Shown one piece after another: positions 1 to 13,798 of a DNA stretch of 64,000 bases. The notes under the pieces were generated by a model. It made no database searches. It had not been told where the DNA came from and worked only from the letters and a program-made list of their open reading frames with translations. The stretch spans positions 38,192,001 to 38,256,000 of the forward strand of contig CM060734.1 of the NCBI GenBank assembly GCA_030704615.1. The letters are read 5' to 3'. The stretch is from Takakia lepidozioides (lineage: Eukaryota > Plantae > Bryophyta). Numbering within the stretch: the first letter of the stretch is position 1; every line of letters begins with the position of its first letter. Position numbers and translations under genes: made by a program.

Positions 1-104
1 CTATCTGCAGTTGAAGGTTTACAATTCTGTCAAAAAAAGGGCATTTCAAAGTGAAGTTGCCTGCTGAAAACCAAGTGACAACAGTAAGGGGTAAAGCAGT
101 TCAC

Positions 105-1555
105 CTGTAGGTAGATAGTCATCTCAAGCTCCTCACGTTCAAAGCCCTCCTTCACAGCACAACGCTTCCCATCTGTGCAGCACTCAAGGCCTCCGAGATA
201 ACTTTCTAATAAGGGATCTCCATTGGAGTCCACAGTCACATTGAAGAGATCACACCTACGAGTCCTCCCAAATTAGAACAACCATACAACAGATGCAAGT
301 ACCCATTACACAATCATAGTATGATGTGCTCATCACTATCAAGTGAATGAGACGAGTAGCAAAATGGTTCAGGCACTAATGACATCGTGGCAGTACACTG
401 ACCCACTAGATTCTTCTTTACTTTCTACTTTCCTTCTCGATACTGTTAACACGGCACATGATTACTTTGATAGTCTCTACTTCCGAGCTATCTGTGATGT
501 CACGAGCAAATTTGATATTACTCTACAGTGTAGTTTGATAAGCTCGCCCTCACTCTTTTTCCCCCATGCCTTTATCTCTCGACAGCGTTTCACAGCACAT
601 TTAAAAAAGACGTGTGTCCACCTGCCGCACGCTAGGGGGCTGGAGGAGCAGTGCTGCAATCGATCTCATGCTTTTAAAATGACATCAACATCGGCCCATA
701 AGTTACCACTTAGTTCCCTACAAAGGATTCATGTGGTCGGCTATGGCTCAGTGCCTGCATGTTAATGGAAATTATGGGCTGAGTAAACCAGGCAGGCTCC
801 ACCCATTGGGAGGGCATTTAGTAACTGGCGGGAGGCCCTTATATTCTGTCTTTCTGAGGAAAACTTCCTCAAAACATTGTTCAGGATTTCCGAGAAGAGC
901 AGAATAGAACTAACCGACACTCAGTGCACCCCATTTTGTTGACGGCGCCCCGTGTGTCAATGCCGTGGACATTAAGAATCCAGATCGGCTCGTAACCCTC
1001 AGTAAGCATGGAAGGAGCTGCAGTCTCTCTTGCGAAGGGCGCGGGAATAGTGAAATTGGTGCGCCTGGTCTCTGCACCAGCACCAAAGAACTGCATCAAC
1101 CTCTGTCCGTCTGAGAGCTTCACGCCAGTGCCAGCAGCTGCCAGTGAGGCAGCTTGTGAGGTGAAGTAAGACGGAGTGTGCTTCTTCTCCATAGATTTCA
1201 GTAGCATCTCCTTGTGGGTGTCTACATCGTTGCTCGGTACAGCGAACTCATACATGCCCCAGTGGTGAAGGTACACATCGGTCAGAGGCACAGGCACGCC
1301 CTTCTCGTCCACAAGCTCCGCATGGAAGTCCCTAAGTCCCAGACGGCCCTTCGGAGCATCCATCTCGAAATATTTGTTATTCACGTCCCCAGGATGGAAC
1401 GTCAGTGGACGAGACAAAAAGGTTTTCTTCTGCAACCCACTAGCCTGCAGCGATTCACAAGCACTACCTCCCTCCTGCACAAATCCCCGCGCTGCAGCAC
1501 CTCCCCCTACCGCACACAGCAGTGCCACCATCCACAGCTGCGCTCTGCACTCCAT
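105..1555 (-). CDS. SURNod19 (stress up-regulated Nod 19)-like secreted protein; exons 915-1555 and 105-255, gene continues off the left edge
   Basis: ATG at 1555 followed by a signal-peptide-like segment (MECRAQLWMVALLCAVGG); family motifs YLHHW, FFGAGAETRRT, LNVHGIDTRG..GCTECR|CDLFNVT and YLGGLECC. The GT-AG intron 256-914 keeps the frame (CG|G = Arg); next donor GT at 104. Confidence 0.85.
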
Positions 1556-1639
1556 CACACCTGCTTGCCCCCACCAAACCACCCCCTCTTCAACCAAACT
1601 GCAGCACCGGATCGCCGATCGTCTCTACGAGACCCATCG

Positions 1640-4600
1640 ATGTCATCTAAGTCCAAATGCATTTTTTTTTCCACAGAGCTTACGACCAGATTTGAACCGC
1701 AGACCTTTCCCTTGATATCTCTCTTCTCAAGGCTCCAACCATTGTCCTTGGATTTCCCACTTTGCAATTTTTTGGGATTTTTTCAGCAACCCAAAGTACT
1801 TGAAATTCCACCTTCCCCTCTTTAAAAAAAAAAGGAAGGATATATAATATATATTGGCATGAACATTGATACTAATGAGAGACATCTCCTACTAATGAGA
1901 GACTCCTTCTTCTCGGCTCTCCTGGATGTTCTGGTACCCTAAGGCTTCTCTTCTCTCACTAGGATAATTCCATCAGGCTTCTTGGAACCTTCTAATCTTT
2001 AGTCCTTCTCTAGTGTCGAACTCCTGGTGTATTGCAGTCCCATTATCACTCCTCCGATTCTCCGTTCAGGCCTTATGGCAGCCTAGGGGCCTATGAGGGT
2101 TCTAAATTTTTTTTCCCTTCCATAATTCAAATAAAGTTAATATGGGCTTCCTTCCCTTTCACCTATAATAATAATAATAATAATAAAAAATCAGTTCTAA
2201 AATCTGAAAACTAATAGAGATGTGACTTACAAAGATTATTTTATTTGTCCATAATATTGCAAAACGAGTTTTAACAAAAAAGATATAGAAAACATATCAT
2301 CATTCATACTAGGGTAGCCATGTGTCGTTGGCCCAAGTGTCAAGTGTCATCTAAGCCCAAGCGCAATCTCCTATGTACGCAAGTTAGTCTCTTATGTCGA
2401 GGCCCAAGTGCGACCTCTAGGGTAGCCTCTGCCGTTGGCCCAAGGGTCCAAAGTCGAAATGCATTTTTTTTCCACAAAGCCTACGACCAGATTTTGAGCC
2501 GGAGACCTTTCCCTTTATATCTCTCTTCTCAAGGCTCCAACCATTGTCCGAGGAATTCCCACTTTGCAATTTTTCAGGAATTTCCAACTACCCAAGTACT
2601 TGAAATTCCACATCTCCCACACCGCAGGTCCAAAAATTATGAGACCAAGCCCGTGCATGCTTTCCTCTTTCAACTCTTACCGTCCTTCATAAATGACTTT
2701 ACCCTTGCCCTTTGAACACCACTATTCAAGTGGCAATCAATAAGAGGAAAGCAGGGTTTAATAATAATACATGTATTATGTATTATTATTATTATCTTAT
2801 TTTTCAAAAAACTTGTATGACAAATAGAATAATCTTTGTAGTCATATCCCTATTAGTTTTAAATTTTAGAACTGATTTAAGATTATTATTATCAATATAT
2901 GAAGCGAGATGTTTGAGACGTTTGTTTTATTTTGTAGATTTGAGATGTCCCAAACTCCGGGGCCCCACCCTCAGTGCTTTGTACCGTTGGAAAGCCCTCG
3001 ATGAGGAGGGGTGGTGGCTTGGTCTCATGATTTTTGGACCTACAGTGTGGGAGATGTGGAATTTCAAGTATTTTGGGTAGCTGGAAATTCATGAAAAATT
3101 GCAAAGTGGGCATTCGTTGGAGCCTCGACATGAGAGATATCAAAGGAAAGGTCTCCGGTTCAAATCTGGTCATAGGCTCTGCGGGAAAAAAATGATTAGA
3201 TATGATTGATGCTATTGGACTTAGATAATATTGGACACTTGGGCCAAAGGCACATGCTACCCTAGAGGTCGCACTTGGGCCTCGACATAGGAGACACAAT
3301 TGTATACATATAGATTGCACTTGGACTTAGATGACAAGTTGGACACTTGGGCCAATGGCACATGCTACCTTTGTTTTGTTTTGTGAGATGTCCCAAACCG
3401 CGAGGCCCCGGCCTTGGTGCTTGGTACCGTTGGAAATCCCTCGACGAGGAGGGGTGCTCGGGCTTGGTCTCATGATTTTTGGACCTACAATGTGGGAGAT
3501 GTGGAATGCCAAGTATTTTTGGTCGTTGGAAATTCACAAAAAATAGCAAAAATGGCAAAGTGGGCATTCCGGACAATGATTGGAGCCTCGACAGGAGAGA
3601 TATAAAGGGAAAGGTCTCTGGTTCAAATCTGGTCGTATGCTCTCTGGCAAATTTTTTTTTTGATTATATATGGGATTGCACTTGGACTTAGATGACATTG
3701 GACACTTGGGCCATGGGAGATGCACTTGGATACATGAATAGAATATTGCACTTGGGCTTAGATTTCAATTCTTCACACATAGGCCAATGGTGCAGGCGAG
3801 CCTAGAGGGTTTCTAGATATATAGGGGATTGCACTTGGACTTGGATGACACTGGACACTTGCGCCAACGGCACAGGCTATCCTAGTCAATATATCAAGCG
3901 AGACGTTTGTTTTGTTTTGTTTTGTTTTGTTTTGTTTGTTTGTTTGTTTGTTTGTTTTGTAGATTTGAGATGTCCCCAACCGCTAGGCCCCAACCCTAGT
4001 GCTTGGTACCATTGGAAAGCACTCGACGAGGAGGGGTGCACGGGCTTGGTCTCATGATTTTTGGACCTACGGTGTGGGAGATGTGGAATTTCAAGTACTT
4101 TGGGTTGCTGGAAATTCCCGAAAAATAGCAAAGTGGGAATTTCGGGGACAATGGTTGGAGCCTCGAGAGGAGAGATATCAAGGGAAAGGTCTGCGGTTCA
4201 AATCTGGTCGTAGGCTCTGTGGAAAAAAATGCATTTGGACTTAGATAACATTGGACCTTTGGGCCAATGGCAGAGGTTACCCTAGATGTCACACTTGGCC
4301 ATGTCACACCTGGCCTCGACATAGGAGACAGAGGCTATCCTAGAGGTTGCACTTGGGACTTGCCATAGGAGAGGCACTTGAATACATAGGAAATTACTAG
4401 ATGACACTTGACACGTGGGCTCACACATGGGCCAATGGCGCAGGCTACCCTAGGCCTAGATCTCCCAAAGCCTAGATCTCCCAAACAGGAAGGTCCACAC
4501 TAGACACTTGGGCCTACGGCACAAGCTGCCCTAGTCAATATATGAAACCAGACGTTTGTTGGCTCTCTTGTAGAGAGAGATGTTGAAGTCAACAGAGAAA

Positions 4601-4800
4601 ATGAGGTCAACGGACCTTGTGTCAAGCCAGCTATTGGTGTGTTGTGCTATGTCATGCCCCTTCCTCTCACCTCCTCTTATGTTTTGCCAAAGCAAGAGAG
4701 CCCATCGCCATTTTAGGCTTGTTTTGTTTTGTTTTGTTCATTTTGTAGATTTGAGATGTCCCCAACTGTGAGGCCCCGGCCCTGATGCTTGGTAGGTGGA
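1640..4800. repeat. Cluster of ~350-550 bp diverged repeats in both orientations, each with a tRNA-derived (SINE-like) core
   Basis: Copies at ~1640-1810 and 2310-2660 in one orientation, and ~2900-3370, 3370-3760, 3880-4330 plus a partial 4530-4800 in the other. Core: GGACAATGGTTGG...AAGGTCTGCGGTTCAAATC (A-box-like and B-box-like). Confidence 0.7.
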
Positions 4801-5102
4801 TGGAGTTTGTTATGAGTATAAAGGAAGGCATTAAGTTTTTGCACGGCTTTTTCAAATTCCAACTGTTTTCGACATCCAATAAATACCTTACTGGTAAGGG
4901 CAATTACCATTTCACGAGTGGTTACAATGGGTTCAAAACCACACAAGTGTGTTGAATGCCATAAAGGTGCCATAAAGAAAGGCAATAGCATCATGGGGTT
5001 AAGTGACACCATAAGTTACGCTTGCTTCAGTAAGAGTCCCTATTTATCATTTGTTTTTTCGCAAACCATCCATTTTTTTTTACCATCACGGGCTGACCAC
5101 TA

Positions 5103-6151
5103 CCGTCCCTTGACAACGGATTAGGCATTTTTGCGCCTAAATCCAAAATCAATCAATCAGAAAATTAGGCATGTTTTGAAAACAAGTTCTCAAATTAGGC
5201 ATTGCATGCTACAATTTTTTAGAATTAGGCACATGAGAAGAGAAAACATCTATTTTCTTAAGAATAAAATTACAAAAATAGACACCCAATGCCCATGCGA
5301 GAGAATTTTCTGCTTATTTGTGTCCTATTTATTCCTGCCAATTGCACTTCCAAGCTACAGCCTACCGATGTAATCTTGCAATGACCTCTCAAGTGTGCTT
5401 TTGCTACACTATTCAAGACATGGTCATCACGTAATTGGAAGCAGGCGTGCCCGCTAAAGAGGTAGAGGTGAAGACGGACTTGCCTTCCATGTGTGAACAT
5501 GTAGCAATTTGGATGTGGGAGACTTGGGTGCAGGTGAATGTGCATACAACATGATTGTCTCTGGGTGGGAACAATGTGGGATTTTACGGGCTTTTGAGCA
5601 CACTTTCCAAAGAGAAGCTATGCGAGCAAATTTTTTAACTAATTTGTTTGCAGTGAATGATGATTTGATGGACGGGAATGCTCAAGTCACTCAGGGTATC
5701 CCTAATATCTACCTTGACCTTAGTGTAGAGGAAACTATGTGTAGATGTCTTGCAAATCTGCATATTGAAAATGAGGATATGCCCGATCTCAATGAGGTGG
5801 ATGAAGTAGATGGAGAGATGATGACGATTAGCGAGGATGATGAGTATGATGACATTGTCGAGTCCATGCAAGGGCCTTTCAAAGTTACGCGGAGCTCTTG
5901 CAAATAGGTTGCAATTTGTAGGAAGTTATTTTCGCACGCATATATTTGTATTGATTTTTGTTCAAAGAAATTTTGATCTTATTACAAACAACATGAGAAG
6001 AGGCTTGCAAGTTTTTTGGTGGAATTTTTGGGCATTAGGCACTTTGGTCCCATAATTTCCCGAAATTAGGCTTAAATCTGAAAAATTCACAGAATTCGTT
6101 AGGCACTTTTATTTTGAATTAATTATCGCCTAATCTGTTGTCAAGGGACGG
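5103..6151 (+). mobile_element. Internally deleted Tc1/mariner-superfamily (pogo-like) DNA transposon
   Basis: 24-bp TIRs CCGTCCCTTGACAACGGATTAGGC / GCCTAATCTGTTGTCAAGGGACGG (one mismatch), flanked by TA on both sides. Internal ORF 5509-5907 (IVSGWEQCGIL plus acidic tail) resembles a pogo transposase C-terminus. Confidence 0.8.
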
Positions 6152-7127
6152 TATGTCATATTATTCGGGGAGCTCCGGAGCACTGACAATCACGTGCTAG
6201 ACGCGTCCTTCAACAAAGCCATCAGGGCTCTGGAGTTGTTTTGTGCAGGCAGGCACATTTGGGCTAGTTTTAGACCATGCCATGAGCCTTGGAGCAGGCT
6301 GCAGCAGCAGGCCAAAAATCCCTCGGTGCATTAGTTTCACCAAAGATTTCAACGTTTTAGGAGAAATGATTGTTGCAAGATGCTTGAGACCTGAATTTCC
6401 TGACCAGACACTAGACACAATGGAGGCCGCCTCATGCATCAACCGGTGGTATTAATGGCCATGGGTACGGTTGCAGTGATGACAATGGGTGCTGTGTGGG
6501 TAATGGCAAGGGCTCTGTGTAACTAGTGAAATGGTTCCTACAAGACAAACAACTGTTCAATTCCTGTAAACCTACGGCCACCATAAGTATCCCACTTGGC
6601 TGGTAAGTAAGGAGGCAAAACATGCCTTCGAGGTAAATGAGAGGAGAACTTAGGGACGTATAAGACTACTGACTAGGTAGTTGTGAAGAATAATTAGTCT
6701 CTCAATATGCTTTGGTGAGGATGAAGTACAAGATTACCCACATCCTGTGCGCTTTGCATTGCTCTACAACTATCGTTGTCTTCAGTTTAAGGGTCAAGGT
6801 CAGAATATGATTGTAGTATGAAGAATATTCTAGCAATCTGACATCTTCAACAGTATCCGCGCAACCTGGACCTTGAAGTTGCTGGCCATGTATTATGGTG
6901 AGAATCCAGGAACAGGTCTAACTCAATTGTATTCCATCTCCAGGGCCACTTTGATACTGAGAGAAGAGATGGTTGCAGCAGTCACTCTGGCCCCAAATTC
7001 ACCAAGGATGATCAGTGGCCTGAACACTGACTCACACATGACCCTGTCATCCACGGGCGTAAAGACAACCACACATTCAAAATCGGGAGAAATAAGAGAG
7101 ACTGGTTATCCCTGTAATATCTGCATC

Positions 7128-7576
7128 TTGCCTCCCCAGCTAATTAAAGAATCAACAACTAAATAATCACCAACTACTGTGCTCATCACAGCACACTTTT
7201 AGTTACGGGTAGCTTGCTAACCAGCTAATGTATCACGTTCATCCGTGTAGGCAACTGTATTTTAGCTCTGGAGGTGATGTTTGCAGCAACTCGCCGAGCC
7301 TCTTCAAATATTGCCATCTGTTCAATCACAGTTGCACAATACACCCATTACACTGATTGCCTCCCCAGCTAGGTAAAGAATCAACAACCAAATAATCACC
7401 AACTACTGTGCTCATCACAGCACACTTTTAGCTATGGGTAGCTTGCTAACCAGCTAATGTATCACGTTCATCCGTGTAGGCAACTGTATTTTAGCTCTGG
7501 AGATGATGTTTGCAGCAACTCGCCGAGCCTCTTCAAATATTGCCATCTGTTCAATCACAGTTGCACAATACACCCA
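7128..7576. repeat. Tandem duplication (period 229 bp) covering the last coding exon and start of the 3' UTR of the amidohydrolase gene
   Basis: Near-identical copies 7128-7347 and 7357-7576 with a 9-bp spacer TTACACTGA. Confidence 0.9.
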
Positions 7577-10500
7577 GGAAATCACAGACAGCTGATTCAT
7601 TTTTCAAAGAACATTGACCGATATCATGCTGGATACTGCAAAGAAACAAAGATTACCTCATCAAGAGCCACAATTTTGTGATTTCGCATAACCCACCGAC
7701 CATCACACATCACAGATTGAATATTTTCTGTGCGCATGCAGTACACCAGATTTGCAATCCTGCAAGACATTGCTCAGATTGGATGATCAATGGTGTCAAT
7801 GACCGGAGTCTCTGTAGTTACCTCCCAATCCTTGACCAAACGATCTTTCCTATCCCTCTGAGGTGTTTGATTCAGAGCCTTGCAAGTATGATTAGTGAAA
7901 AACCTGTGGAAGAGACCTGAGGCAGAAGCAGTCCCTTGATTGAAGGCTATTCCACACTACACATACAAAGGTCATGCTGGGGTGAAACAATATCTTTGTA
8001 TATAAGAGGTTGCATTGGCATAGATAGTTGGGTGAATGACTGCTGTTCCACCCTTGTTTCCTAAGTTCTCCCAGAGTGATCCCTGTCTCTTTCTGTGTGG
8101 TTCAATATCTGTGAGGCCAGACTTAACTTCATTTGTGAAAGTAAGCACTCTACTGGATTGTGGTGGCCCCCCTGATCTGCTCTCCTCCCATTCCAATCCC
8201 CACTCTCCACAATACTTGGGGCACAGGGTTAATGGCTATCACCAGCAAAGTCAGATGAATACATGATTGTAAGTACCAAGAAGTCAAGAACTTACGGGTC
8301 ATGGAGAGGAAGCATTGTCCAGAGGTCAGGGTTGACCACGACCAAGTCAGCCTGGATATGGCACATTCAGTATGAAGATGACCAAATGTATCAGAAACTG
8401 AGCTTAATTACCAGCTTGCAGCAACTCTACTTTGCACGTGATCCTGTCCACTCCATCTGGTAGTCTGTTCTAGCACGATGGGGTCCATATGGGTCCCACG
8501 GCGAATATGGCCCACTTACCTGCTCCTAATGGAAGTTCATTCCACAGGGTTTGGTGTCAAGCTGAAACCTCTCTTGTTCACTCAAGCGATATTTTCTCAA
8601 AGACAGCACCAATCAGGATACGCAAGTTTGATGAAAGGCCATCTAAGAGGACTGCAATGTCCTGCCGTCTACTGAATTCAGGCAGTTCTGTAGTGAGAAA
8701 GGCAAGGTTATTGTCAAGCCATTCTAGCTATCTCCAGCCAAGATCATACCCTTTTCCCCAATTCGATGGACCCAATTTCATCTTCCCATAAGACAGCTTT
8801 AGCCCCATTGATAGTTGCCATTTCCAGAATAGTCTCTGCTGGCAGTGCAGTGGGGTCGGTGGTGCCCCTCTCATAAGCTGCCCTCCCTTTGTTGATTAGC
8901 GATGCCAAGTACATTTCATCGACTGCTCGGAAATGCAGAAAGTGTTAGGACCCAATGTATCGCAATCACAACTGATTTCTCTAATGCAGTTTGAAACTAT
9001 CTTAAAAGTAAGAGATGCAGTCAAGCCCTCCAAGTTCACTTTGGGTGCCTCACCCAGGCAACCAGAGGAACCATTTAAAAACCTGAATTCATCCAGTTCT
9101 CCGTTGATGCTAGCATTGGAGGTTCTCTACAAGAAGAATATCCCATCAAGTTAACTTAGGCTTAAAAACTTTATCTCAGGTCTATATAAACATTTCTGCC
9201 AGCGAAGATAATCACAAGACTTGTCAAACACATTAACCCGGACTTTAACACTCTAACAACCCAAAGATTACGGAAAAGAAGCAGGGGAAGTGCAGGGTGA
9301 CCTAGACTCATCCGGTTGTTTGAAGGAGCACCATCAGTTCCTAGTGAAACACACACTCCCACTCTTTGCATCTCTAAGACAGGAGCAAAGCCCAGCATGC
9401 GCATTGCTGCTGCAGGGCAATGAGAGACTTTTACTCCCTCATCTGCCATCATTTGTACCTGACTTCCCAATGCACAGACAGTCCTTAGTACAAAATTTTA
9501 TGAACAGCACATTGTCCTGTTCCTTTTTGGTCTCCACTTGTTTTTAGTATCCTTGCCCTCTGCCTTTCTCAGTTCATTGTCTCTTTCATGCATTTACAAT
9601 CAAGAGAGTGGAGCAAGCAACATACAAATAGCCCAATAAGAAAAACAGAGAAAAACAGAGACGGAGACAGAGCCCCACAGCAGTAGGTTTTCGAAGGGGA
9701 AAATGGGGAGGTGGGGAAAGGGGCATAGCAACACCTCATTTGGATTCACCCAGACAGAATGAGCAGCTAGCAGGTTTTTCCCCAAGAGTCCAATATGATT
9801 TAAGTGAGTGACAGTTCCATGTTGGACATCCCTCGTCTTCACAACCCACTCATTTTCGTAGGGAATCTCTGCCACATGCTATGACAAACCAATGAGCTAT
9901 GTTTGTTAGATATGTGCATATTTGGAAACTAAAGAGGGTATAACACTTGAAAATCATCACTCGGTTGCACTTTAGATCTTGCATCATAATGGAAGAAAGG
10001 GTCCTCAGGTACGCATGCATGGACAAAAACTTAGAATAAGGAAAGCAAGGGAACAAGCTTGGATAAGAGCATTTGCACTCCCATAGCTGAGGTTGCTCAC
10101 CATGTGAATGCCAGTGTTGTGCTTATCAGCTGCAGCTTTAGTGCGGAGCAAGAGAGAGTCGGTCGCATTCAAAATTTGGCGCAAACCAAACCAAACTCTG
10201 ATGCGACCTTCAGCACTTCCATGAAATTTCTCAAAGAGATCTTCCTGAATCTGCTTCCTTACCCAACCACCATGCCAACCACAACCTCTTGAGCAGTATT
10301 TGTACACAAAACTGGAACAAACATCTGATTGGTCAACCCTCTCCTCAAAAGACACTCTTAGACCACTTTGTAGCTTGATAAGCGAGGTAATTCCAAATAA
10401 TTACCAGAAATTTGGCAGGGAACTACCCTTACGCCCAATATTATTGCACATGCTTATCTACTTCAGTCAAGAGGTCATGATTTCCCACCTTCATACAAGA

Positions 10501-11576
10501 GTCTGTGGTCTCAGCAGCCCAAGCTGGAGGCAGCCCCTCACCGCTGTCCATGGTTGAACGGGCCAGACAGGCTCGAATACCGAGGGCCTCAATTGCTCGT
10601 GCCATTCCTGGAACATGCTGGCCCCCTGCTTCAGCAAAACATGTCACCTGTTCCCCTTGTCCATACCATTATAAGCTCTCTGAGAGATGAGATGCTAGAA
10701 AAGAGTTGTTGGGTAGCCGATGTGACCATCGTGCAGAGTTCCAGTTTGGATTTTCCATTGCAGTCATATCCCACGGTTACCAACCTCTGGTAGGTGGTCC
10801 TTTTTTCACTTGTGATTTACTTATCGAGCAGATGACAATAAGATTCAAGTATGACCGGGTCTTGCAGGAACAGCGGCAGTGATGATGTTGCAAAATCGAT
10901 GCCAACGGAAAGCTCTTTCAATCCAGTTGAGAGAACCCCATTCAATTCGAACTACTAATCAACAGGAAAGTGCGGGACAATAGAAAGGGCTCAAGTGAGA
11001 GCATACTCCGGAGTGAATCAGCTCAATGCCGCAGAGCAAAGTGGATATATACGAGTCCTCCTCTGTCATGCTAGACTCATAAGGCCAAATCCGGCCATGT
11101 AGCCAAGTCAGCAAGTCCACATCATCAGCTATCCCACGGGCCAGTTGTTGTGAGGTGTGAACATGTGTATTGATCAACCCTGTTCTCCACGCACATGGCA
11201 AACAGAAAAACAACACTGTAATCTCTCTCCTTGTCTCCCAAACCTTATCTGCAAACGGAGAATGAGACAGAATTCACAGATCAAACCCCTCCCGCATCTA
11301 GTAAACTCAATTGATGTACTCGCACATTCTCTTCAGGCTGCACTCTAAAATCACATCCGAAAAACGATTACCTGGCAGAATCCAGCGACCTGACAGGTCA
11401 ATAACTGCACTGGCGTGGGATCCATACTCTTCCAGAATAACATCGCTCCGCCCAATTGCAGTGATTCTGTCTCCGGTGATTGTCAGGGCCCCATCAGCAA
11501 AAATTCGAGCTTTGGGATCCATCGTCACAATGCCAGCACTGTGCAACACCATCACCTGGACCTTACTCTCCCCCAT
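7454..11576 (-). CDS. Metallo-dependent amidohydrolase, MTA/SAH deaminase (TRZ/ATZ family)-like, ~470 aa, 10 exons: 11372-11576, 11007-11179, 10489-10647, 10101-10250, 9735-9878, 9302-9458, 8750-8922, 8296-8351, 7657-7759, 7454-7546
   Basis: All introns are GT-AG and phase-consistent (1413 nt spliced). Motifs [11 protein letters not shown] (HxH), [33 protein letters not shown] and ADLVVV; stop TAG at 7454-7456. Confidence 0.9.
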
Positions 11577-11844
11577 CTTATCGTTCGTCTCGGATCGGAG
11601 GTCAGGGAGGATACCCACTGGGTTAGGCCGATTCTAGAATCTGTTGTGAGTGATTTGCAGGAGCATGAGAGAGGAGTGCATTGGGGGCGATCAATCTTCG
11701 CTGATGCTGCAGCGTCTCTCTCACTCTGACTGCTCTAAATGTCCATCTCTTGCATTACACAAATACACTTGGATGATGGCTGAAGCAGTCCACGTTCCAG
11801 AGTTCTTAAAAAAGCAAAAACGAGAGTAAGCTTCCCATACCGCA

Positions 11845-12546
11845 TTGATAGTGACAAACAATTCTTATGTTACTTACACCTCGTTGCTACATCTTACAAA
11901 CAATTCTTATGTAGTCTATACCTCCAAGCTACTTACAAATAATTATCACCTTGTTCAATTATCCCCACAACTATCTCCTCACCCACCCAAACCAGCGCAA
12001 AAAATATTCACAAACCTTCCCCTGCTCTCACAACCTGATAGCACTTAACCAATATTTCATCCATCCACAGACGCTCTCATCCATCCCATCATCCACAATC
12101 ATTCACCCACCACACCCTGATCCCCAATACCCAATATCCTCATTATATATCGAGCCAAAAACTTTAAAGTTTTGGTATTTCTACCACCCCAACCCAATTT
12201 ATCCCCAATATATATCCTCCATTCACTCTTTAACCACCAGCTCCACAACTCCTCATATTCACCAACCAACCTCCAAATTTATGTCCCACCCACGCATTCC
12301 CTAACTCCCTATCCACATAATCCAACCATACCCCACAAGTGGCACCAGCCCTCACCCCTTCCCGCAATCCGCGACCCATACACCCTCCCCACCCCCCAAC
12401 CCCTACCCCAAGGCGCGGCGCTACACGGATCGACCACCTCTCTACACACATAGCCCGCGTGGTCGATACCATATCTATCTTGACAAATCTAAATACTATT
12501 ATCACCACCCTCCCACGTCACTTCACTCATACATAAATGCATGTCT
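11845..12546 (+). mobile_element. 5' part of a LINE (C-rich, decayed); left boundary approximate
   Basis: Same C/A-rich composition as the LINE pieces to the right. The open frame from 12422 joins in frame to the inverted segment at 13798. Confidence 0.5.
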
Positions 12547-13798
12547 GTTGAAGTCATCTGCAAGGATGACGTGGTGGTGTTGGTTATCTGGATGGGTAAT
12601 CGTTTGGGATATATTGTGTAGTATGTCTGTTATGAGGGAGAGATCCTCGGGGTGTGAGGGCATGTATAGATGTATTATGGTGATATGACAGAATGCGGGG
12701 GGGGGGGGGGGGGTGCAGCTGGATAATTTGAAGGTGCGATCGAAGGGGGATGGGTACCGTAAGTTTTGTGGTGGTGGTGGGAGAGTGGTGTGAGCGTAGA
12801 ATTTCTAGTGCGACACCTCCCCTGGAGGGTTTGTATGGAGCAGAGCGACGAGATAGGCATTGTCGGGCAGTTAGAGGAGTGTTGTACAGTAGGTAATAGT
12901 CTGGTAGAAGCTTGTTTATGTATGAACTGCTAGTATTGTTCGTGTGTAACTTGGTTTCTTGGAGGAGGAAGATATGTGGTTTAGAAGAGTTGGTGAGGAG
13001 AGTGAGAAGGCTTTGTATACTGGTAGCCAATGACCCTACATTCCAATAAGTAATAGTTAGTGCACAGGTGTGGATATCCGGGGTGGTAGGGGTAGGGCTG
13101 GGAGACGGTGGAACCAATGATGGTTCCACAGTTTGGGTTGTTGAGGTCGGGGGGTTGTATCCAGGTATCAGACTAACTGCGGCGATTGTGGATTTGAGGA
13201 TGTCAGTGGAAATGAAGGGAATTTTGTGGGTAGCCTCGGTATGATGTGAATAAGGAGCGGTTATGGTAGCGAGATGGTCGCCTAGGGTTTTATGTATAGC
13301 ACCTGGTTGGGATTGCATCAGATTGAGGGATGCATGGAGTGAGGATAGGAGGTGAGGTGGGGCTAGGTAGTTGTGCGGATGTGGTGGCAGCCTTTTTAGT
13401 TGTAGGAGGAGGGGGCGTAGTTGGGAAGTGGAGTGGGAGTAGAGAAATCCATTACAGATTTCTGGCAGGGGTGAGATGATGATTATAAGGGAGAAGAGAA
13501 GATGGGGTTGTGGGAAGGATTTAAATTTTTGTAGTGCTTTAGAGAATGCTAGGTAATGGCTATGGGGAGCTCGAAGGTAGTGATGATTTGTGTGGGTGTG
13601 TGGGCGGCGGGAGGGTGTGGCGGGAAGAAGGGCGTGAAGTGGTCACCAATGTGTCTATACTTATGCATGAGCGACGAGGTGTCTGGTTGGAAGTATAATG
13701 AGTATCTGTCTTGCGTGTCGGCGGGAAGATTCTGAATAATGTTCTGAATAGATGTAGGCCCAAGGTTAGGGTGTATGTCACCACAACGTAGTAATATT
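12547..13798 (-). mobile_element. Inverted LINE segment: 2A-like motif plus N-terminal half of APE endonuclease (pseudogene)
   Basis: ORF 12584-13318 has TITYWNVGS, IFLLQETKL and GGVA; another frame ends ILADDFN at 12547. LILLRCGDIHPNLGP at 13800-13756. Confidence 0.8.

Noticed and set aside
1214-1825. 203-aa plus-strand ORF and similar ORFs in 2300-4330
   Set aside because: Antisense shadow of SURNod19 or translations of repeat DNA.
4147-4218. Functional tRNA gene (also 49470-49540)
   Set aside because: No complete cloverleaf or anticodon arm; the sequence is embedded in repeats.
6197-6623. ORFs as the last exon of the amidohydrolase
   Set aside because: The frame-consistent terminal exon with a family-like C-terminus is at 7454-7546.
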